From: Candidatus Gastranaerophilales bacterium
Lineage (GTDB): Bacteria; Cyanobacteriota; Vampirovibrionia; Gastranaerophilales; CAJFVJ01
Length of the DNA: 64,000 nucleotides
Reading direction: 5' to 3'
NCBI GenBank assembly: GCA_944323485.1
Contig: CALUSR010000002.1
Coordinates: forward strand, 68,048-132,047
Shown: piece after piece, positions 51,316 through 63,533 of the stretch
How positions within the stretch are numbered: position 1 is the first letter of the stretch
Layout: every line of letters begins with the position of its first letter
Notes under the pieces: model-generated
The model's database searches: none
What the model was told of the DNA's origin: nothing
The model's input: only the letters and a program-made list of their open reading frames with translations
Position numbers and translations under genes: made by a program

Positions 51316-52997
51316 TAAAATCAATCTTCATCAAAAATTTTACACTAATAGATAAACTGCATCTCAACTTTGATAAACATCTGAATGTCATAACAGGAGA
51401 AACTGGTTCGGGAAAAAGTATTATCATAGGTGCAGTTGATATAGTGTTAGGAGAACGTGCGTCAAAAGAAGTTATCAAAACAGGCGAAGAAAAAGCTTTT
51501 ATCGAAATGGTTCTCGAAGTTGATGACATGAATATACTCTCTTTCATCAAAAACAATGATATAGACCTTGAATTTGACAATGAAATAATTATATCAAGAG
51601 AAATAACTCAAAACTCAACAAAAACACGTATCAACGGAGTTCTTGTCACACAGAATTTTATGCAGGAACTGAGGCATATGCTCATAGACATCCACTCCCA
51701 GCATCAGACCTACAAATATCTCAACCCGAAAACTCACCTCCATCTACTTGATAACTACGGCGATGCCGAACATCAGCAACTTATAACAAACTATAAAGAA
51801 AAATATTCACAGCTTCTGAAATTAAAAAATGAGTACAAAAATAAAACAGAAAATCTTGAAGCAGCAAGATCACAAATAGATTTTCTCAAATTTCAAATAG
51901 AAGAAATTGAAAATGCCAAAATTACAGACACAAATGAATACGATGAACTAAAAAAACAACGTGAAGTTATTGTAAACACAGAATCTCTCAAAGAAGTCAG
52001 CTACGGAGGATATTATGCGTTATATGACAGCGAAAACAGCATAATAAGCCTGCTAGATTCAATAGAAAGAGATCTTACAAAAGCTTCTCATCTTGATGAA
52101 AGACTTGCTCCTCTTGCGGAAAATATAGCAAACAGCTCAATATCTCTGAAAGAAACAGCTGACGAGCTGAGGAGTTACTCGGAAAATCTCGAAACAAACG
52201 CTCAACTGCTTGAAGAAATCGAAGAAAGAATCAATCTCCTCGATAAACTACGCAGAAAATACGGAGCAACACTCGAACAAATACTTGCGAACTACGAAAA
52301 ATACAAATCCCAGCTCGAAGATGTAGAAATCTCTGATGAAAAAATTTTGGAGTTAGAGAAAAACATCAAACAAACAGAAGATGAAACAGACAAACTAGCT
52401 CAAAAAATATCAGAAAACAGAAGAACTCTTGCTCAGAATCTTTCAGAACTTGTCAAACAGGAAATCCATTCTCTTGAAATGCCAAGAGCCGACTTCAAAA
52501 TCGAAGTAAACAAAACGGAAAAAAATCAAAACGGAGCTGATGATGTCGAATTTCTAATCATTACAAACCCTGGCGAACCTTTCAAACCGTTGTCAAAAAT
52601 AGCAAGCGGCGGAGAAATCTCAAGAATAATGCTTGCCCTCAAAAGTATATTTGCCAAAAGTGATAAAATAAACACAGTTATCTTTGATGAAATAGACACG
52701 GGAATAAGCGGAAAAGCCTCGCAGGCTGTCGCAGAAGAACTTGTAAAGCTATCATCAGACCATCAGATTCTCTGCATAACGCACCAACCGATTATCGCAG
52801 CAATGGGACACAAACATTTTTATGTACAAAAAATTCAGAAAGAAAATACAACAACAGTAGAAGTTTCAACACTGAGCGACGAAGGAAGAATAAAAACTCT
52901 CTCTTGGTTAGCGGGCGGTAATCTCAGCGAAGACAGTAAAAACTTTGCTCAAAAACTCCTTGAGCAGGCTCGAGAGTTCAAAGAACAGTATAACTAA
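51312..52997 (+). CDS. recN: DNA repair protein RecN
   Basis: Walker [14 protein letters not shown], long central coiled-coil, and C-terminal [12 protein letters not shown] plus [16 protein letters not shown] overlap with nadK. Confidence 0.9.
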   Translation: MIKSIFIKNFTLIDKLHLNFDKHLNVITGETGSGKSIIIGAVDIVLGERASKEVIKTGEEKAFIEMVLEVDDMNILSFIKNNDIDLEFDNEIIISREITQNSTKTRINGVLVTQNFMQELRHMLIDIHSQHQTYKYLNPKTHLHLLDNYGDAEHQQLITNYKEKYSQLLKLKNEYKNKTENLEAARSQIDFLKFQIEEIENAKITDTNEYDELKKQREVIVNTESLKEVSYGGYYALYDSENSIISLLDSIERDLTKASHLDERLAPLAENIANSSISLKETADELRSYSENLETNAQLLEEIEERINLLDKLRRKYGATLEQILANYEKYKSQLEDVEISDEKILELEKNIKQTEDETDKLAQKISENRRTLAQNLSELVKQEIHSLEMPRADFKIEVNKTEKNQNGADDVEFLIITNPGEPFKPLSKIASGGEISRIMLALKSIFAKSDKINTVIFDEIDTGISGKASQAVAEELVKLSSDHQILCITHQPIIAAMGHKHFYVQKIQKENTTTVEVSTLSDEGRIKTLSWLAGGNLSEDSKNFAQKLLEQAREFKEQYN

Positions 52998-54868
52998 ACT
53001 TTAAGTTTGTATCGATGCGTTTCTATCATCACGGCAAGCACAGAAATATCAGCCGGCTTAACCCCTCCGATACGGGCAGCCTGTGCAAGTGTTACAGGAT
53101 TAATCTTTGATAGCTTATCTTTTGTTTCTTGAGAAACATGCTCTAAAGACTGAAAATCAAAATTTTTTGGTATTTTTATTTTTTCCATCTTTGAGAGCTG
53201 TTCAACTTGCTGTGACTGGCGTTTGATATATCCCTCATATTTGAACTCAATCTCAACCTGCTCAGCAATCTCTTTTGAAAGATTTAGCCTTTTCGTTTCA
53301 GGATCAAGTTCCTTCAACACATCATAAGTTATATTCGGACGCTTGATTATATCAGAAAGCCTGACCCCTCTGTCTATATTCTCGCCGTATTTTGCGAGAA
53401 CAGAGTTTACCTCTTCATCAGGAGAAATCTTTTGTGTCAAAAAGCGCTGTTTTTCTTTTTCTATGCTTTCTTTCTTATCCAAAAATCTCTGCCATCTCGC
53501 ATCAGAAATCAATCCGACTTCACGTCCTATCTCGGTAAGACGCAAATCAGCATTATCCTGCCTGAGAATAAGTCTGTACTCTGAACGAGAAGTAAGCATT
53601 CGATAAGGGTCTTCGATATCTTTTGTTACCAAATCATCAACAAGTGTCCCTATATAAGAACTATCTCGAGAAAGAGTAAGCATCTCCTGACCGCCGAGAA
53701 ATCTGACAGCGTTTATCCCGGCAAGAAGCCCCTGTGCAGCTGCTTCTTCATATCCGCTTGTTCCGTTAATCTGCCCCGCACAAAACAGCCCTCTCATCTT
53801 CTTTGTCATAAGAGTATGCTCTAGCTGCACTGCAGGCATATAATCATATTCAACGGCATAAGCAGGTTTCAGAACATGCACATGCTCTAATCCAGGGAGA
53901 GTCTTTATCATCTGTAGCTGAACTTCTGCGGGCAAACTCGACGAAAATCCCTGAACATAAGTTTCATAGGTATTTTTACCCTCAGGTTCAATAAAAATAT
54001 GATGAGAAGGATTCGAGGCAAATCGCACGACTTTATCTTCAATCGACGGACAATATCTCGGTCCGACACCTTTTATCAACCCTGCATACATCGGTGATTT
54101 ATCAAGATTACTCTTTATAATCTCATGAGTTTTCTCATTTGTTCTTGTCAGATAACACGGTATCTGAGGACGAATTGGTCTGTTTGGTTCAAAAGAAAAG
54201 AAACTCGGATTCTCATCCCCGGGTTGAACACTCATTTTGTCGTAATCAATAGTTCTTGAGTCAACCCTCGGTGGTGTTCCTGTTTTCAGTTTTTTGACAA
54301 CAAAACCATGTTCTATCAAACTCTCTGATAACCCGACTGCCGCAAATTCTCCGAGTCGTCCCGCAGAAAAAGACTTAAATCCGATAAATATCTTTCCGTT
54401 CAAAGACGTTCCCGTTGTCAATATAACAGCCGGTGCATAATACTCAAGCCCTAACTCATCAACAACACCGCAGACATGCCCGTCTTTAGCAAGAAGTTTT
54501 GTAACCATACACTGCTTCAAACTCAGATTTGTCTCTTTCTCAAGGACATTCCTCATATAAGCCATATACTCTTTCTTATCTGATTGTGCTCGAAGAGCAC
54601 GAACAGCAGGTCCTTTTGAAGAATTCAGCATCTTCAGCTGAACATACGTTGCATCGGCAGCTATTCCCATAACACCGCCCAAGGCATCAATTTCTCTAAC
54701 GAGATTTGATTTTGCAGGACCGCCTATCGCAGGATTGCATGGCATCATCGCAAGATTTTCTATATTCAAACTAATCAAAAGAGTTTTTGCTCCGAGTCTG
54801 CTTGCGGCAACTGCCGCTTCACAACCGGCATGCCCGCCGCCGACCACAATCACATCATATTCAAACAT
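52994..54868 (-). CDS. mnmG: tRNA uridine 5-carboxymethylaminomethyl modification enzyme MnmG (GidA)
   Basis: [32 protein letters not shown] and [17 protein letters not shown]. Confidence 0.95.
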   Translation of the reverse strand: MFEYDVIVVGGGHAGCEAAVAASRLGAKTLLISLNIENLAMMPCNPAIGGPAKSNLVREIDALGGVMGIAADATYVQLKMLNSSKGPAVRALRAQSDKKEYMAYMRNVLEKETNLSLKQCMVTKLLAKDGHVCGVVDELGLEYYAPAVILTTGTSLNGKIFIGFKSFSAGRLGEFAAVGLSESLIEHGFVVKKLKTGTPPRVDSRTIDYDKMSVQPGDENPSFFSFEPNRPIRPQIPCYLTRTNEKTHEIIKSNLDKSPMYAGLIKGVGPRYCPSIEDKVVRFASNPSHHIFIEPEGKNTYETYVQGFSSSLPAEVQLQMIKTLPGLEHVHVLKPAYAVEYDYMPAVQLEHTLMTKKMRGLFCAGQINGTSGYEEAAAQGLLAGINAVRFLGGQEMLTLSRDSSYIGTLVDDLVTKDIEDPYRMLTSRSEYRLILRQDNADLRLTEIGREVGLISDARWQRFLDKKESIEKEKQRFLTQKISPDEEVNSVLAKYGENIDRGVRLSDIIKRPNITYDVLKELDPETKRLNLSKEIAEQVEIEFKYEGYIKRQSQQVEQLSKMEKIKIPKNFDFQSLEHVSQETKDKLSKINPVTLAQAARIGGVKPADISVLAVMIETHRYKLKV

Positions 54869-55772
54869 TGTATTCTCTTATTATTTTCTCGACTATCTCT
54901 TCCTGACTCATCTCATCGATATAATACCAGTGAATTTCAGGATTTGCTCTAAACCATGTCAGCTGTCTTTTTGCATAATTTCTTGTATGTTTTTTTATCA
55001 GCTCGACAGCTTCATCTAAGGATATTTTACCATCAAAATATTCACAAATTTCTTTATAACCTAAAGTTTTTAAAATCGGAAGAGTCCGCCCGTATTTTTG
55101 CACAAGATTTTGAACCTCTTCAACAAGCCCCGATTCAATCATCTTATCAACCCGTCTGTTCGCTCTATCATACAAATAAGATCTCTCTCTGGCATTCAAT
55201 CCTGCATAAAAAACTTCATAAGGCGGCTTTGACATTGAACTAATCTCTGACATGGTCTTCCCTGTCGCATGGAAAATCTCTAAAGCTCTCGTCACACGAA
55301 CATTATCGTTATAATGAAGTTTATCGGCAGTTGTTTTGTCTATTGATGCAAGCTTGTTATAAAGAGCCTGTCTGCCGTAATCTTCAACAAACTTATCCAT
55401 CTCGGCTCTAAAATTCTCATCAGCAGGAACATCAGGAATGTTCAAACCACCCAAAAGAGAACGGACATAAAACCCCGTTCCGCCTACTACTATCGGCGTT
55501 TTTCCTTTTGAGATAATTTTTTCAACGGCATCAGTTGCATCTTTTTTATAATCCCCTGCACTATACAATGTTTCAGGAGGAATTATATCAATCATATAAT
55601 GAGGTATAGAGCACATTTCCTCAACTGTCGGTTTTGCTGTTCCAATATTGAAATCCCTATAAATCAGCCTTGAATCTGCTGAAATAATCTCTCCATCTAT
55701 TCTTTTTGCCAGCTCAACGGAAACAGCCGTCTTACCCGACGCAGTCGAACCTACTATCGCAAGAACTTTCAT
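54861..55772 (-). CDS. miaA: tRNA dimethylallyltransferase
   Basis: [23 protein letters not shown]-loop, [18 protein letters not shown] and [13 protein letters not shown] at 55772 has a GAGGAA SD; track start is 55793. Confidence 0.9.
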   Translation of the reverse strand: MKVLAIVGSTASGKTAVSVELAKRIDGEIISADSRLIYRDFNIGTAKPTVEEMCSIPHYMIDIIPPETLYSAGDYKKDATDAVEKIISKGKTPIVVGGTGFYVRSLLGGLNIPDVPADENFRAEMDKFVEDYGRQALYNKLASIDKTTADKLHYNDNVRVTRALEIFHATGKTMSEISSMSKPPYEVFYAGLNARERSYLYDRANRRVDKMIESGLVEEVQNLVQKYGRTLPILKTLGYKEICEYFDGKISLDEAVELIKKHTRNYAKRQLTWFRANPEIHWYYIDEMSQEEIVEKIIREYNV

Positions 55773-56580
55773 TATTTTCCTCAACAAACACAAACAAAAG
55801 CATCAGATAATAAAGAATAAACAAAAACATAACCGTAATTGCAATCAGCTGAAGAAGAAGATTGCTTCCGGCAACAGATGAGATAAGACTCAAAATCATA
55901 TTTGCCCCAAGATAAATCAAATACAAAAGAATTACCTGAAGAGGCTTTTTCAACATAAGTTTCAAATTTAAAAAGAAAGCTTTCAGAGGATTCAGCGTAC
56001 ATAAAGCAATCATCGGAGCCCAAAGCATGGTAATAAGGGAAAAGAAAGCACCTGCTGATACCGTAAGCATATTCCATTTTAAATAAATTAATTTATCGGT
56101 TTCAGATAGCGAAGATAAGAACTTGTACAGAGCCTGCTTATCAGAAAAAACAGCCATAAGATTTTCAGGAACCTGAGGCACTCCAAACAATTTTACACCT
56201 AAAAGTCCTGCCAACAAAAATATCAAACAAAACAGCAGAAAATACAAAAACAATCCGCCTAAGTAAGAAAGAAAATTTTTCCCGACTCCCGGCAAAAACT
56301 CTTTCATAAGAACAAAAGAATATTCTTTTTTCCGGGCTGTTTTGTTATCTTGCTTATAAGACACTGCTATTTTCGCAAACATTTCAAACCATCCGCTCCA
56401 GAACACAACAACAAGCCCGATTATATTCGCAAAAATAATTCCAAACTTCAAAGACCGAATCTCTGCACCACTCACGGCAGGGAGAAGCATTGTGATTATC
56501 CAGAAGAAAAATATAAGAGGATACGCAAGTACCAGATTATTCTTCGTCAGTCCCCATGAATCTTTTAATATTTTTATCAT
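55732..56580 (-). CDS. hypothetical polytopic membrane protein
   Basis: Several long hydrophobic segments. ATG at 56580 has a GAGGAT SD 6 nt upstream; the track GTG start is 56598. No recognisable domain. Confidence 0.5.
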   Translation of the reverse strand: MIKILKDSWGLTKNNLVLAYPLIFFFWIITMLLPAVSGAEIRSLKFGIIFANIIGLVVVFWSGWFEMFAKIAVSYKQDNKTARKKEYSFVLMKEFLPGVGKNFLSYLGGLFLYFLLFCLIFLLAGLLGVKLFGVPQVPENLMAVFSDKQALYKFLSSLSETDKLIYLKWNMLTVSAGAFFSLITMLWAPMIALCTLNPLKAFFLNLKLMLKKPLQVILLYLIYLGANMILSLISSVAGSNLLLQLIAITVMFLFILYYLMLLFVFVEENNESSCDSRFDCVG

Positions 56581-56817
56581 TTTAATATCCTCGAACACTC
56601 CTTTTTTGATTATATCAAAAAATCTCTCCCGGAATATCCCTATAAGGATAAAAACAGTATATTACGATTTGTAAAACACTCAAACCCTCTGATAGCAAGG
56701 ATTTTATTTTTTTATTGTAAACAGCACTAAAGTTAACAAAAATACGTCCGATAAAAAAAACATACGAATTAAAAAATTCACTTTTCAATTGTCTGTTGTC
56801 TTATAAGGATTATTAAA

Positions 56818-57408
56818 ATGCAAAAGGTTATGTTTAGTCTGGTCGTTTTGGCTGTTGTCGTATTGACTTCTTTGAGCAATGCTGCTCAAGCTGCTTATGA
56901 ATCAATCACATCTGATTACAAAATTCAAAAAGCTCTTATGGTTCTTGATGCACACGGCGAAGGCGCTACAGTCAGAACTTTGGTAAGAAAAAACATCCAA
57001 ATCAAATTTACTGACCTGGCTATGATGTCACCTGCTTATATGAGATATAATGCGCTTGCTGCAAAAGATAGAAGAAACAACCAGTATATCTTCATCGATA
57101 ACAAACACAAAAGCGCTCCTGTTGAAGCACTGGCTGCACTTCTCGCTCATGAAGCAACTCACCAGAACGTTGTATACGGTGCCTCTATTGATGAAGAAAC
57201 ACAGGCTCACTGCAATGAAGCTAAATTCTGGATAAAAGTTACTGCAAGCAACCCTGCTCTCAAAAACAATCCTCACCCGCTTGTAGTCAGAGAAAATACT
57301 TTAGCTGAAAGATATGGCGACAAAGGAAGAGATGCTATTCAAACAATGGTTGCATCAAACAGCAGCTATGCTAATCTTCCTCAAAGAGTTCCTTCATCTG
57401 GTCGTTAA
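56818..57408 (+). CDS. secreted small HExxH (zinc-metallopeptidase-like) protein
   Basis: Sec signal is MQKVMFSLVVLAVVVLTSLSNAAQA/AY. It contains LLAHEATHQ, an HExxH motif. 196 aa. Confidence 0.5.
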   Translation: MQKVMFSLVVLAVVVLTSLSNAAQAAYESITSDYKIQKALMVLDAHGEGATVRTLVRKNIQIKFTDLAMMSPAYMRYNALAAKDRRNNQYIFIDNKHKSAPVEALAALLAHEATHQNVVYGASIDEETQAHCNEAKFWIKVTASNPALKNNPHPLVVRENTLAERYGDKGRDAIQTMVASNSSYANLPQRVPSSGR

Positions 57409-58393
57409 TCCTAATTCTCTTGATATATTTGAAATAAAGTCGATACAAATTTTGAATAACCAACCTTGAAAACAAAACAAGATTAATCCCTAAAACAAAA
57501 GACAAAATTGAACACAAGCCTCTTGCAGAACATGCAAAGGCTTTTTTATTATGCAATTCTTCTTCATACAATTTTTTTGAATCTTTGATATTATTTTTCA
57601 ACGATAACAGTGAAAAAATCTGTGTTCTCAGACACTGCTCACGGACCTGCTCTATAAACTCTTGAGAATACTCATTTTTAGTAGCCTCAAAAAATTTATC
57701 CAAAATAGCAAGGTGCGACTTTGAATAATCATATTCATCAAACGAACGCTTGCTCTTTGAATTCATATCATACAGATAATAAAACAGCCTCTCTTTTGAA
57801 TAGATAAACGGAAAATTGTCTATCAGCCTGAGAGCAAACTCATAATCCTCATGATGCACTGATTTATCATTGAAATATCCGACTTTTTCTATTACTGACT
57901 TGTTCATCATCGAAGCACCCGGGTTATAGAAATACGGGTGAAAGTACTTCACTTCTCTCAACAGCCCATGAAAATTCTGCTCCGGAGGGAAGTGAACAAT
58001 CTCATAGTCTGGATTCATCATATAAAAATTCGTAAGCAAAACTTTCTCATCAAACTCAGAGTTAACAAACAACTCATAATCATGCTCAAGCCTATTTGGA
58101 TGCCACAAATCATCAGAGTCAATGAAAGCTATCACATCAGCTCTTGCAGTTCTTATACCATAGTTTCTGGCTGCTGAAGCGCCTGAATTTTTCTGATGCA
58201 AAAGAACTACTCTGTCATCATCAAAAGATTTGACAATACTTACAGAGTCATCAGTTGAACCGTCATCAACAATAATAAACTCAAACTCCTTAAATGTCTG
58301 CCCGAGTACGGACAACATTGTCTTTTTGATTGTCTTACTGGCATTATATAGAGGGGTGACAACTGATATTTTAGGACATTCTATTCTTTCCAT
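57371..58393 (-). CDS. GT2 glycosyltransferase
   Basis: [16 protein letters not shown]...[12 protein letters not shown] and FIDSDD. Its 3' end overlaps the convergent gene by 38 nt. Confidence 0.8.
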   Translation of the reverse strand: MERIECPKISVVTPLYNASKTIKKTMLSVLGQTFKEFEFIIVDDGSTDDSVSIVKSFDDDRVVLLHQKNSGASAARNYGIRTARADVIAFIDSDDLWHPNRLEHDYELFVNSEFDEKVLLTNFYMMNPDYEIVHFPPEQNFHGLLREVKYFHPYFYNPGASMMNKSVIEKVGYFNDKSVHHEDYEFALRLIDNFPFIYSKERLFYYLYDMNSKSKRSFDEYDYSKSHLAILDKFFEATKNEYSQEFIEQVREQCLRTQIFSLLSLKNNIKDSKKLYEEELHNKKAFACSARGLCSILSFVLGINLVLFSRLVIQNLYRLYFKYIKRIRINDQMKELFEED

Positions 58394-59028
58394 GAAATAT
58401 TTTCCTTAACAATTTTTGCAGGATTACCTGCTACAATACAATTTTGAGGGACATCTTTTGTCACGACAGCTCCTGCCGCAACTATCGAACCTTTGCCTAC
58501 TCTTACTCCTTTCAGGATTAAAGCCCTTGACCCGACCCAAACATTGTCCTCTATCACCACAGGAACATCTTTGTTAACTATATTTTCTCCTTGATAAATC
58601 GGATGCCCGTCACCTGAAAAAATCTGGCACTCCCACCCGAAAATACAATTATCACCAATAGTTATATCATCATGAGCAAGAATTTTAATATTAGATGTAA
58701 AAGTACTCCTGCCGATTTTAAGTGTTTTTCCTTTTCCGACAAAAACCATGGCTCCTGACTGTATCATCGCCTTGCCTGTCAAAATAAAAGATGAGTCTTC
58801 TTGCATTATCAGCTTTGATTTTCGTCTTTTAGAAAAAATATGAGTAAAAAAACCAAAGTTCAAACGAGCCCCTTTTTCTGCAACAATCTTTGATGAAGAT
58901 GTTAAAAATAATTCAACATTTTTGTTTATCAATATCAACCTGTTTAAATCAACTGTTTTGTTGAACCTTAAATTCAAATAAAGCGCTCTCAATATGTTCA
59001 AAGGACACAAATAACTAAGCTTTGACAT
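58381..59028 (-). CDS. hexapeptide-repeat (LbH) O-acetyltransferase
   Basis: [21 protein letters not shown]...[48 protein letters not shown]. Confidence 0.8.
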   Translation of the reverse strand: MSKLSYLCPLNILRALYLNLRFNKTVDLNRLILINKNVELFLTSSSKIVAEKGARLNFGFFTHIFSKRRKSKLIMQEDSSFILTGKAMIQSGAMVFVGKGKTLKIGRSTFTSNIKILAHDDITIGDNCIFGWECQIFSGDGHPIYQGENIVNKDVPVVIEDNVWVGSRALILKGVRVGKGSIVAAGAVVTKDVPQNCIVAGNPAKIVKENISWKE

Positions 59029-60514
59029 GCTCTTTTCTCACAACAATCAACGAATTTACATACATTATACCCAAAATTATCCAAAACGGAATAATCTCAA
59101 CATTCATCAAATAGCTGTCAACCAAAGATGCAACAAGAGCAAAAGCTACAAGCTCGAGAAGCAACAAAGAGTTAATATCCATAAAACGAGAGTTTATTGT
59201 ATTCTTGAATGCCCTCCAGGCAATGGCAAAAAGTGTAGAGAAATAAAATACAACGCCCAACAAACCGTAATCAAAGAAAATTTGAACATATGAGTTGTGC
59301 GGATGATAAATTATCGGAGAATTTGCTATATCAAACCTCTGAGAAAACAGGGTGAACAAAGTACTGCTCGCAGCGCCTATGCCATGCCCGAAAATTATGG
59401 ATAAATCAAATCCCTGCTGTGAAAAGAGATATTCAAGCAGCATGGGGCGGTAGTTGCTGCTCTCCTGATCTGCAAAACGAGCAAGCATCCTATCAACAAT
59501 CCCCCAGGAAAAAATAAAATCCATCGTAAAAAACAAAATACCAAGTACACATACAAAACCAAACACTCTGAAAGCTGTATGCATAATATTTTTTGACAAT
59601 ACAACAAAATTAAATAAATAAATCATTGTTAAAAATGCAATATTTGTACGGGAAAAAGTTAGAAGAGTTGTTATATAAATCAAAAACAATGCAAGCTTTG
59701 TCAAATTTTTCAAAAAATCATTTTTCGAAAAATAGAAAAATCTGAGCAAAAACAGGGAAACACAGACATTCAAAAAACCTAACAAATTTGAGTTCGACGA
59801 AATCCCCTTGAGCCTCTTGATTCCTGAAACAACTTCAATAAAACGAAGATCAGAAGCAACAAATCCTAGAATAGACACAAAAGCAGCACCGATAAAGAAA
59901 GTCAAAAGAATAACCGCAAGCTGATAATTTATCTTCTTCGACTCTTTCATCGCAAGATTTACACTCAAATAAACACCTATTATCAAAAAGGTCAAAAAGA
60001 TAAATATATCTATTGAATAAATCGTCGGTAAAAGGGGATCTCGCTTCTGCAAATACAAATTCAAATTGTACGTAAAATTTGGAGAATGAGCATAGTTTAC
60101 AACAGCATAAACAATATTCAACAGATAAAAAAGAGCTAACCCTAAAAACGGATATAAATAATTTTTCAAATGCTCCCTATTCCAAACAATCAATATTACC
60201 GGAATAATAAACAACAAAACAAGTATACGATAGTTAAACGTAATCGGAGAGAACTTGTTCAATAAATATTGAAATATCTGATAAAAAAACAGTACCCCCA
60301 ACGGCAATATAGGAAACTTGTACGCCCCAAGCATACAAATATAAAAATAAACACACAAAAATAAAATTCCCAAAACTGCTTTTATCAAATTATCAGCAGT
60401 AATAAATCCGCCGGCATCAGTTATGGCATCAGGAAAAATAAGAAATAAAACACTTGGAATAATAATCCCGAGAACCAAAATCAGCAATATTCTAATATAT
60501 CTGTTTTGAAACAT
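59015..60514 (-). CDS. O-antigen ligase/polymerase (Wzy_C) family membrane protein
   Basis: 499 aa and polytopic. The block [23 protein letters not shown] matches the H-N-x-(Y/L)...G..G Wzy_C signature. Confidence 0.65.
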   Translation of the reverse strand: MFQNRYIRILLILVLGIIIPSVLFLIFPDAITDAGGFITADNLIKAVLGILFLCVYFYICMLGAYKFPILPLGVLFFYQIFQYLLNKFSPITFNYRILVLLFIIPVILIVWNREHLKNYLYPFLGLALFYLLNIVYAVVNYAHSPNFTYNLNLYLQKRDPLLPTIYSIDIFIFLTFLIIGVYLSVNLAMKESKKINYQLAVILLTFFIGAAFVSILGFVASDLRFIEVVSGIKRLKGISSNSNLLGFLNVCVSLFLLRFFYFSKNDFLKNLTKLALFLIYITTLLTFSRTNIAFLTMIYLFNFVVLSKNIMHTAFRVFGFVCVLGILFFTMDFIFSWGIVDRMLARFADQESSNYRPMLLEYLFSQQGFDLSIIFGHGIGAASSTLFTLFSQRFDIANSPIIYHPHNSYVQIFFDYGLLGVVFYFSTLFAIAWRAFKNTINSRFMDINSLLLLELVAFALVASLVDSYLMNVEIIPFWIILGIMYVNSLIVVRKEHVKA

Positions 60515-60519
60515 ATTTC

Positions 60520-62601
60520 TTACATCTTTGAAACAAACGATTTTTCATCTTCTCTGATGATAGAACCTATCAAATTAATTGAATAACTCGATAACATCTT
60601 GGTTATGAATTTGAGTTTTGATTGTTTTATCTTTTTCGAATGCAGGAAGATTACACCGTCACTCAACCTCGCAATAATCGGAAACTCAACAGGCAGCATG
60701 CCAGATGGAGTATCAACAATAACCCAGTCAAATTCTTTTCTGATTTTGTTGATAAAAAATGCATAAGCATCAGAAGAAAAGAACGCATAAGGGTCATCAA
60801 CCAAATCTTTGTTTGCATAAACAAACAAATTATTATTTAGCGGTGTTCCAAATTTTTTCACATCAACTTTGATATCTTCATCAGGCAATTTCTTACTCAA
60901 AGCAGCTTCAATGCGAATCAGAGTATCTGAAAAATTCTCTTTCAGCTCTAATCCTCTTGTATTTGCGACACTCGGATTTCTGAAGTTATTATCCAAAAAT
61001 GCAACCTTATAGTTTTGCATGGCAAGAATTGTCGCAAGATCAAATATTGTTCCGCCTGTATTAAACCTCACAAAAGGAGAGGTGAAAGCAATCACTTTCG
61101 TGTTGTTTTTGAGCGTTCCGAACAACAAATTGTTTACAATGTTTCTATAAGATATTGCCAATAAATCAGCACGTTCCTGTTCTGACATCATCGCATTTAT
61201 CCATGGTATAGAACCAATAATGGGCTTCTTCGTAATATCTTCTATATCTTCAATGCTATCACATTCATCATTCAGCTCATTTTTCAACATCGCAAAGGCA
61301 AACCCGAAAAATAACCCCAATATTACGGATAAAATCACATACTGGACTCTCGTCGGAGGAATTGGTTCCTTTGAAAATGTAGGAGGATCAATATCAAAAA
61401 TATTACTTGTTACATCAGCTTCACTCAAAGCGGCTTCCATCTGCTTAAGCTTCATTTCATCAAATGCAAGACTCAAATTCTTCTCTTTCTGCATAAGATT
61501 ATTTAATGTATATTCAACCTCAGGCAATCTGTCATAAGTTGAAGCTACATTCTCAAGAGAATAACGAACAGCCTTCTCCTGAGCTACCAGTGATTGATAT
61601 TCAGCCTGTCTTGCAGCAAGATTCCTCACCACCTCGGATTTTACAGGGTCAAAAACTTTCAAAGCTCCCTGTATTGTCTTTCCGTTTATATCGGCTATTC
61701 TTTCCGTCAAATAGTCAACTTTTTCGTTTATAGCAATGAGCTTGGGATTTGTATCAGCCCAAACTGATTGCTTTTCTATTTTTTCCTGCATAGCTCTGTT
61801 CAACTCAGCCTGCAAGTCTATCAAAATCTTGTTGTCATAGCCGATAAGCATATCTTTAACATCAGCATTTTTGACCCCGAGCTGTTTTTGCAGCGAATAA
61901 ATTTCTCTTGATAAACCGTCTTTTTCCATCTGAGCCTTTGTAAGCAAAATTAAAAGTTCATTTTTGTTGACAACAAGTTCTTCGGCTTCTTTATCAACAA
62001 TAATAACTTTATTTGCCTCTTTATATTGTTTTATCTGAAATCTGACTTTATCAAGTTCCTGTTCTATTTCATCAACTCTTACATCTATATATTTTCTGCG
62101 TTTTTTGATGTTGTTTCTGTTTGTTTCAGTAACTATGTCTTTGTACTGGAATACAATTTCTTTCAACAGTGCCTGAGCCACCTCAGGATCATTCCACGTA
62201 AAATAAAGTTCAATAATATCGGTTCCGATTTTATTTTTTATTTTCAAACTGCTGCTGAAATCAAGTATCTTCTTATCTGGATTTAACTCAGGATAATGAG
62301 CATCAACAAACTTTGTCAGCCGATCATTCATCTGACTTGATTTCAGGATTTCAATCTGCGTCAAAATAGGATTACCGGTCATTGAAAGAGGATCTACGTT
62401 GTTAAAGTTTTCAAAATTACTGTCTGTTATAAAGTTCTTTGCAGTAGCTTTCTTTACCCACAATCTGGATTTAGAAATATAATTCGGAGTGTAGAAAAAC
62501 GTAACATATACCCCTGACCAGATTAAGGAGATTATCACAAATAATACAATTATCCCCTTCCCTTTATTTATTATTGATAATAATTTCTTAAAACTGTCCA
62601 A
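60520..62601 (-). CDS. Wzz/GumC-type polysaccharide co-polymerase with C-terminal BY-kinase-like domain (degenerate Walker A)
   Basis: N-terminal TM plus a Wzz-like start, a long coiled-coil and a second TM (VILSVILGLFFGFAFAML). The C-terminal domain is VIAFTSPFVRFNTGGT...VAFLDNNFRNP...DWVIVDTPS. Confidence 0.65.
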   Translation of the reverse strand: MDSFKKLLSIINKGKGIIVLFVIISLIWSGVYVTFFYTPNYISKSRLWVKKATAKNFITDSNFENFNNVDPLSMTGNPILTQIEILKSSQMNDRLTKFVDAHYPELNPDKKILDFSSSLKIKNKIGTDIIELYFTWNDPEVAQALLKEIVFQYKDIVTETNRNNIKKRRKYIDVRVDEIEQELDKVRFQIKQYKEANKVIIVDKEAEELVVNKNELLILLTKAQMEKDGLSREIYSLQKQLGVKNADVKDMLIGYDNKILIDLQAELNRAMQEKIEKQSVWADTNPKLIAINEKVDYLTERIADINGKTIQGALKVFDPVKSEVVRNLAARQAEYQSLVAQEKAVRYSLENVASTYDRLPEVEYTLNNLMQKEKNLSLAFDEMKLKQMEAALSEADVTSNIFDIDPPTFSKEPIPPTRVQYVILSVILGLFFGFAFAMLKNELNDECDSIEDIEDITKKPIIGSIPWINAMMSEQERADLLAISYRNIVNNLLFGTLKNNTKVIAFTSPFVRFNTGGTIFDLATILAMQNYKVAFLDNNFRNPSVANTRGLELKENFSDTLIRIEAALSKKLPDEDIKVDVKKFGTPLNNNLFVYANKDLVDDPYAFFSSDAYAFFINKIRKEFDWVIVDTPSGMLPVEFPIIARLSDGVIFLHSKKIKQSKLKFITKMLSSYSINLIGSIIREDEKSFVSKM

Positions 62602-62633
62602 CTGTACTCACCCCAATATATCTAATGGTATTA

Positions 62634-63533
62634 TCATATGATTGTAATAATTTTGGCAACTCTTTTAAGTATCTTAAAATTAATTCTCGGCGTTGAAAAA
62701 CAAAACTCGCCTAAAAGCTTTCTTGCACCTATCTTATTACCATTTCTGGCAATGTTTGAAATCAAATCCAAAAACTTCAACGATGCAAGTATCTCCCTTT
62801 TTTTATTAAGTTTCTTATCATTGAAATCATAACTGTTTATTTTCTCAACAATAAACCTGCTGCCTCTTATCAGTTTATCTTCACTATCCTTTGAATTCAT
62901 CAGACTGTTTGGATTTTGCCTGTATCTGAAACCGTATTGGTTGTTCAAAACATCTATACTGCACGCTGAAAACAATCTTACATACAAATCAAAATCTTCT
63001 GCAATATCCAAATCCTCGGAAAAATATCCGACTCTCTCAAACACTTCTCTTTTAATAATCAAAGACTGAACAGTCGCAAAAATTTCAGATGCAAAAAGAG
63101 AATACACCTTATTTTGAACATTGAAATTCAATTTCGGCTGTTTTTTGAACGGAACCATAGAACTGTCGCAAAACTCAGGAATACCAATATAAATCCCGTC
63201 GATATCCTTGTTTAACAACAGATTATATGCTGTTCTGAATGACTTTTTCAAACATTCATCATCACCGTCCATAAAAGAAATAAAACGCCCTCTTGCATTT
63301 TTTATTCCGGTATTTCTGGCTGCAGACACTCCCTTTTTCGCAGAACATAATATTCTCATTGCATCAACCTGCATCTTCTTGAGAACTTCTACAGTATTAT
63401 CTGTCGAGGAGTCATCAACAACTACTATTTCATAGTTGTCCAACCCGAGGTTAATTATCGAAAAAACAGCCTCTTCTATATACTCAGCACAATTATAAGC
63501 AGGTATGACAAAAGAAATATCTATATTATCCAT
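62634..63533 (-). CDS. GT2 glycosyltransferase
   Basis: IDISFVIPAYNCAEYI...EIVVVDDSSTDNT and SFMDGDD. I prefer the ATG at 63533 over the TTG at 63557. Confidence 0.8.
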   Translation of the reverse strand: MDNIDISFVIPAYNCAEYIEEAVFSIINLGLDNYEIVVVDDSSTDNTVEVLKKMQVDAMRILCSAKKGVSAARNTGIKNARGRFISFMDGDDECLKKSFRTAYNLLLNKDIDGIYIGIPEFCDSSMVPFKKQPKLNFNVQNKVYSLFASEIFATVQSLIIKREVFERVGYFSEDLDIAEDFDLYVRLFSACSIDVLNNQYGFRYRQNPNSLMNSKDSEDKLIRGSRFIVEKINSYDFNDKKLNKKREILASLKFLDLISNIARNGNKIGARKLLGEFCFSTPRINFKILKRVAKIITII

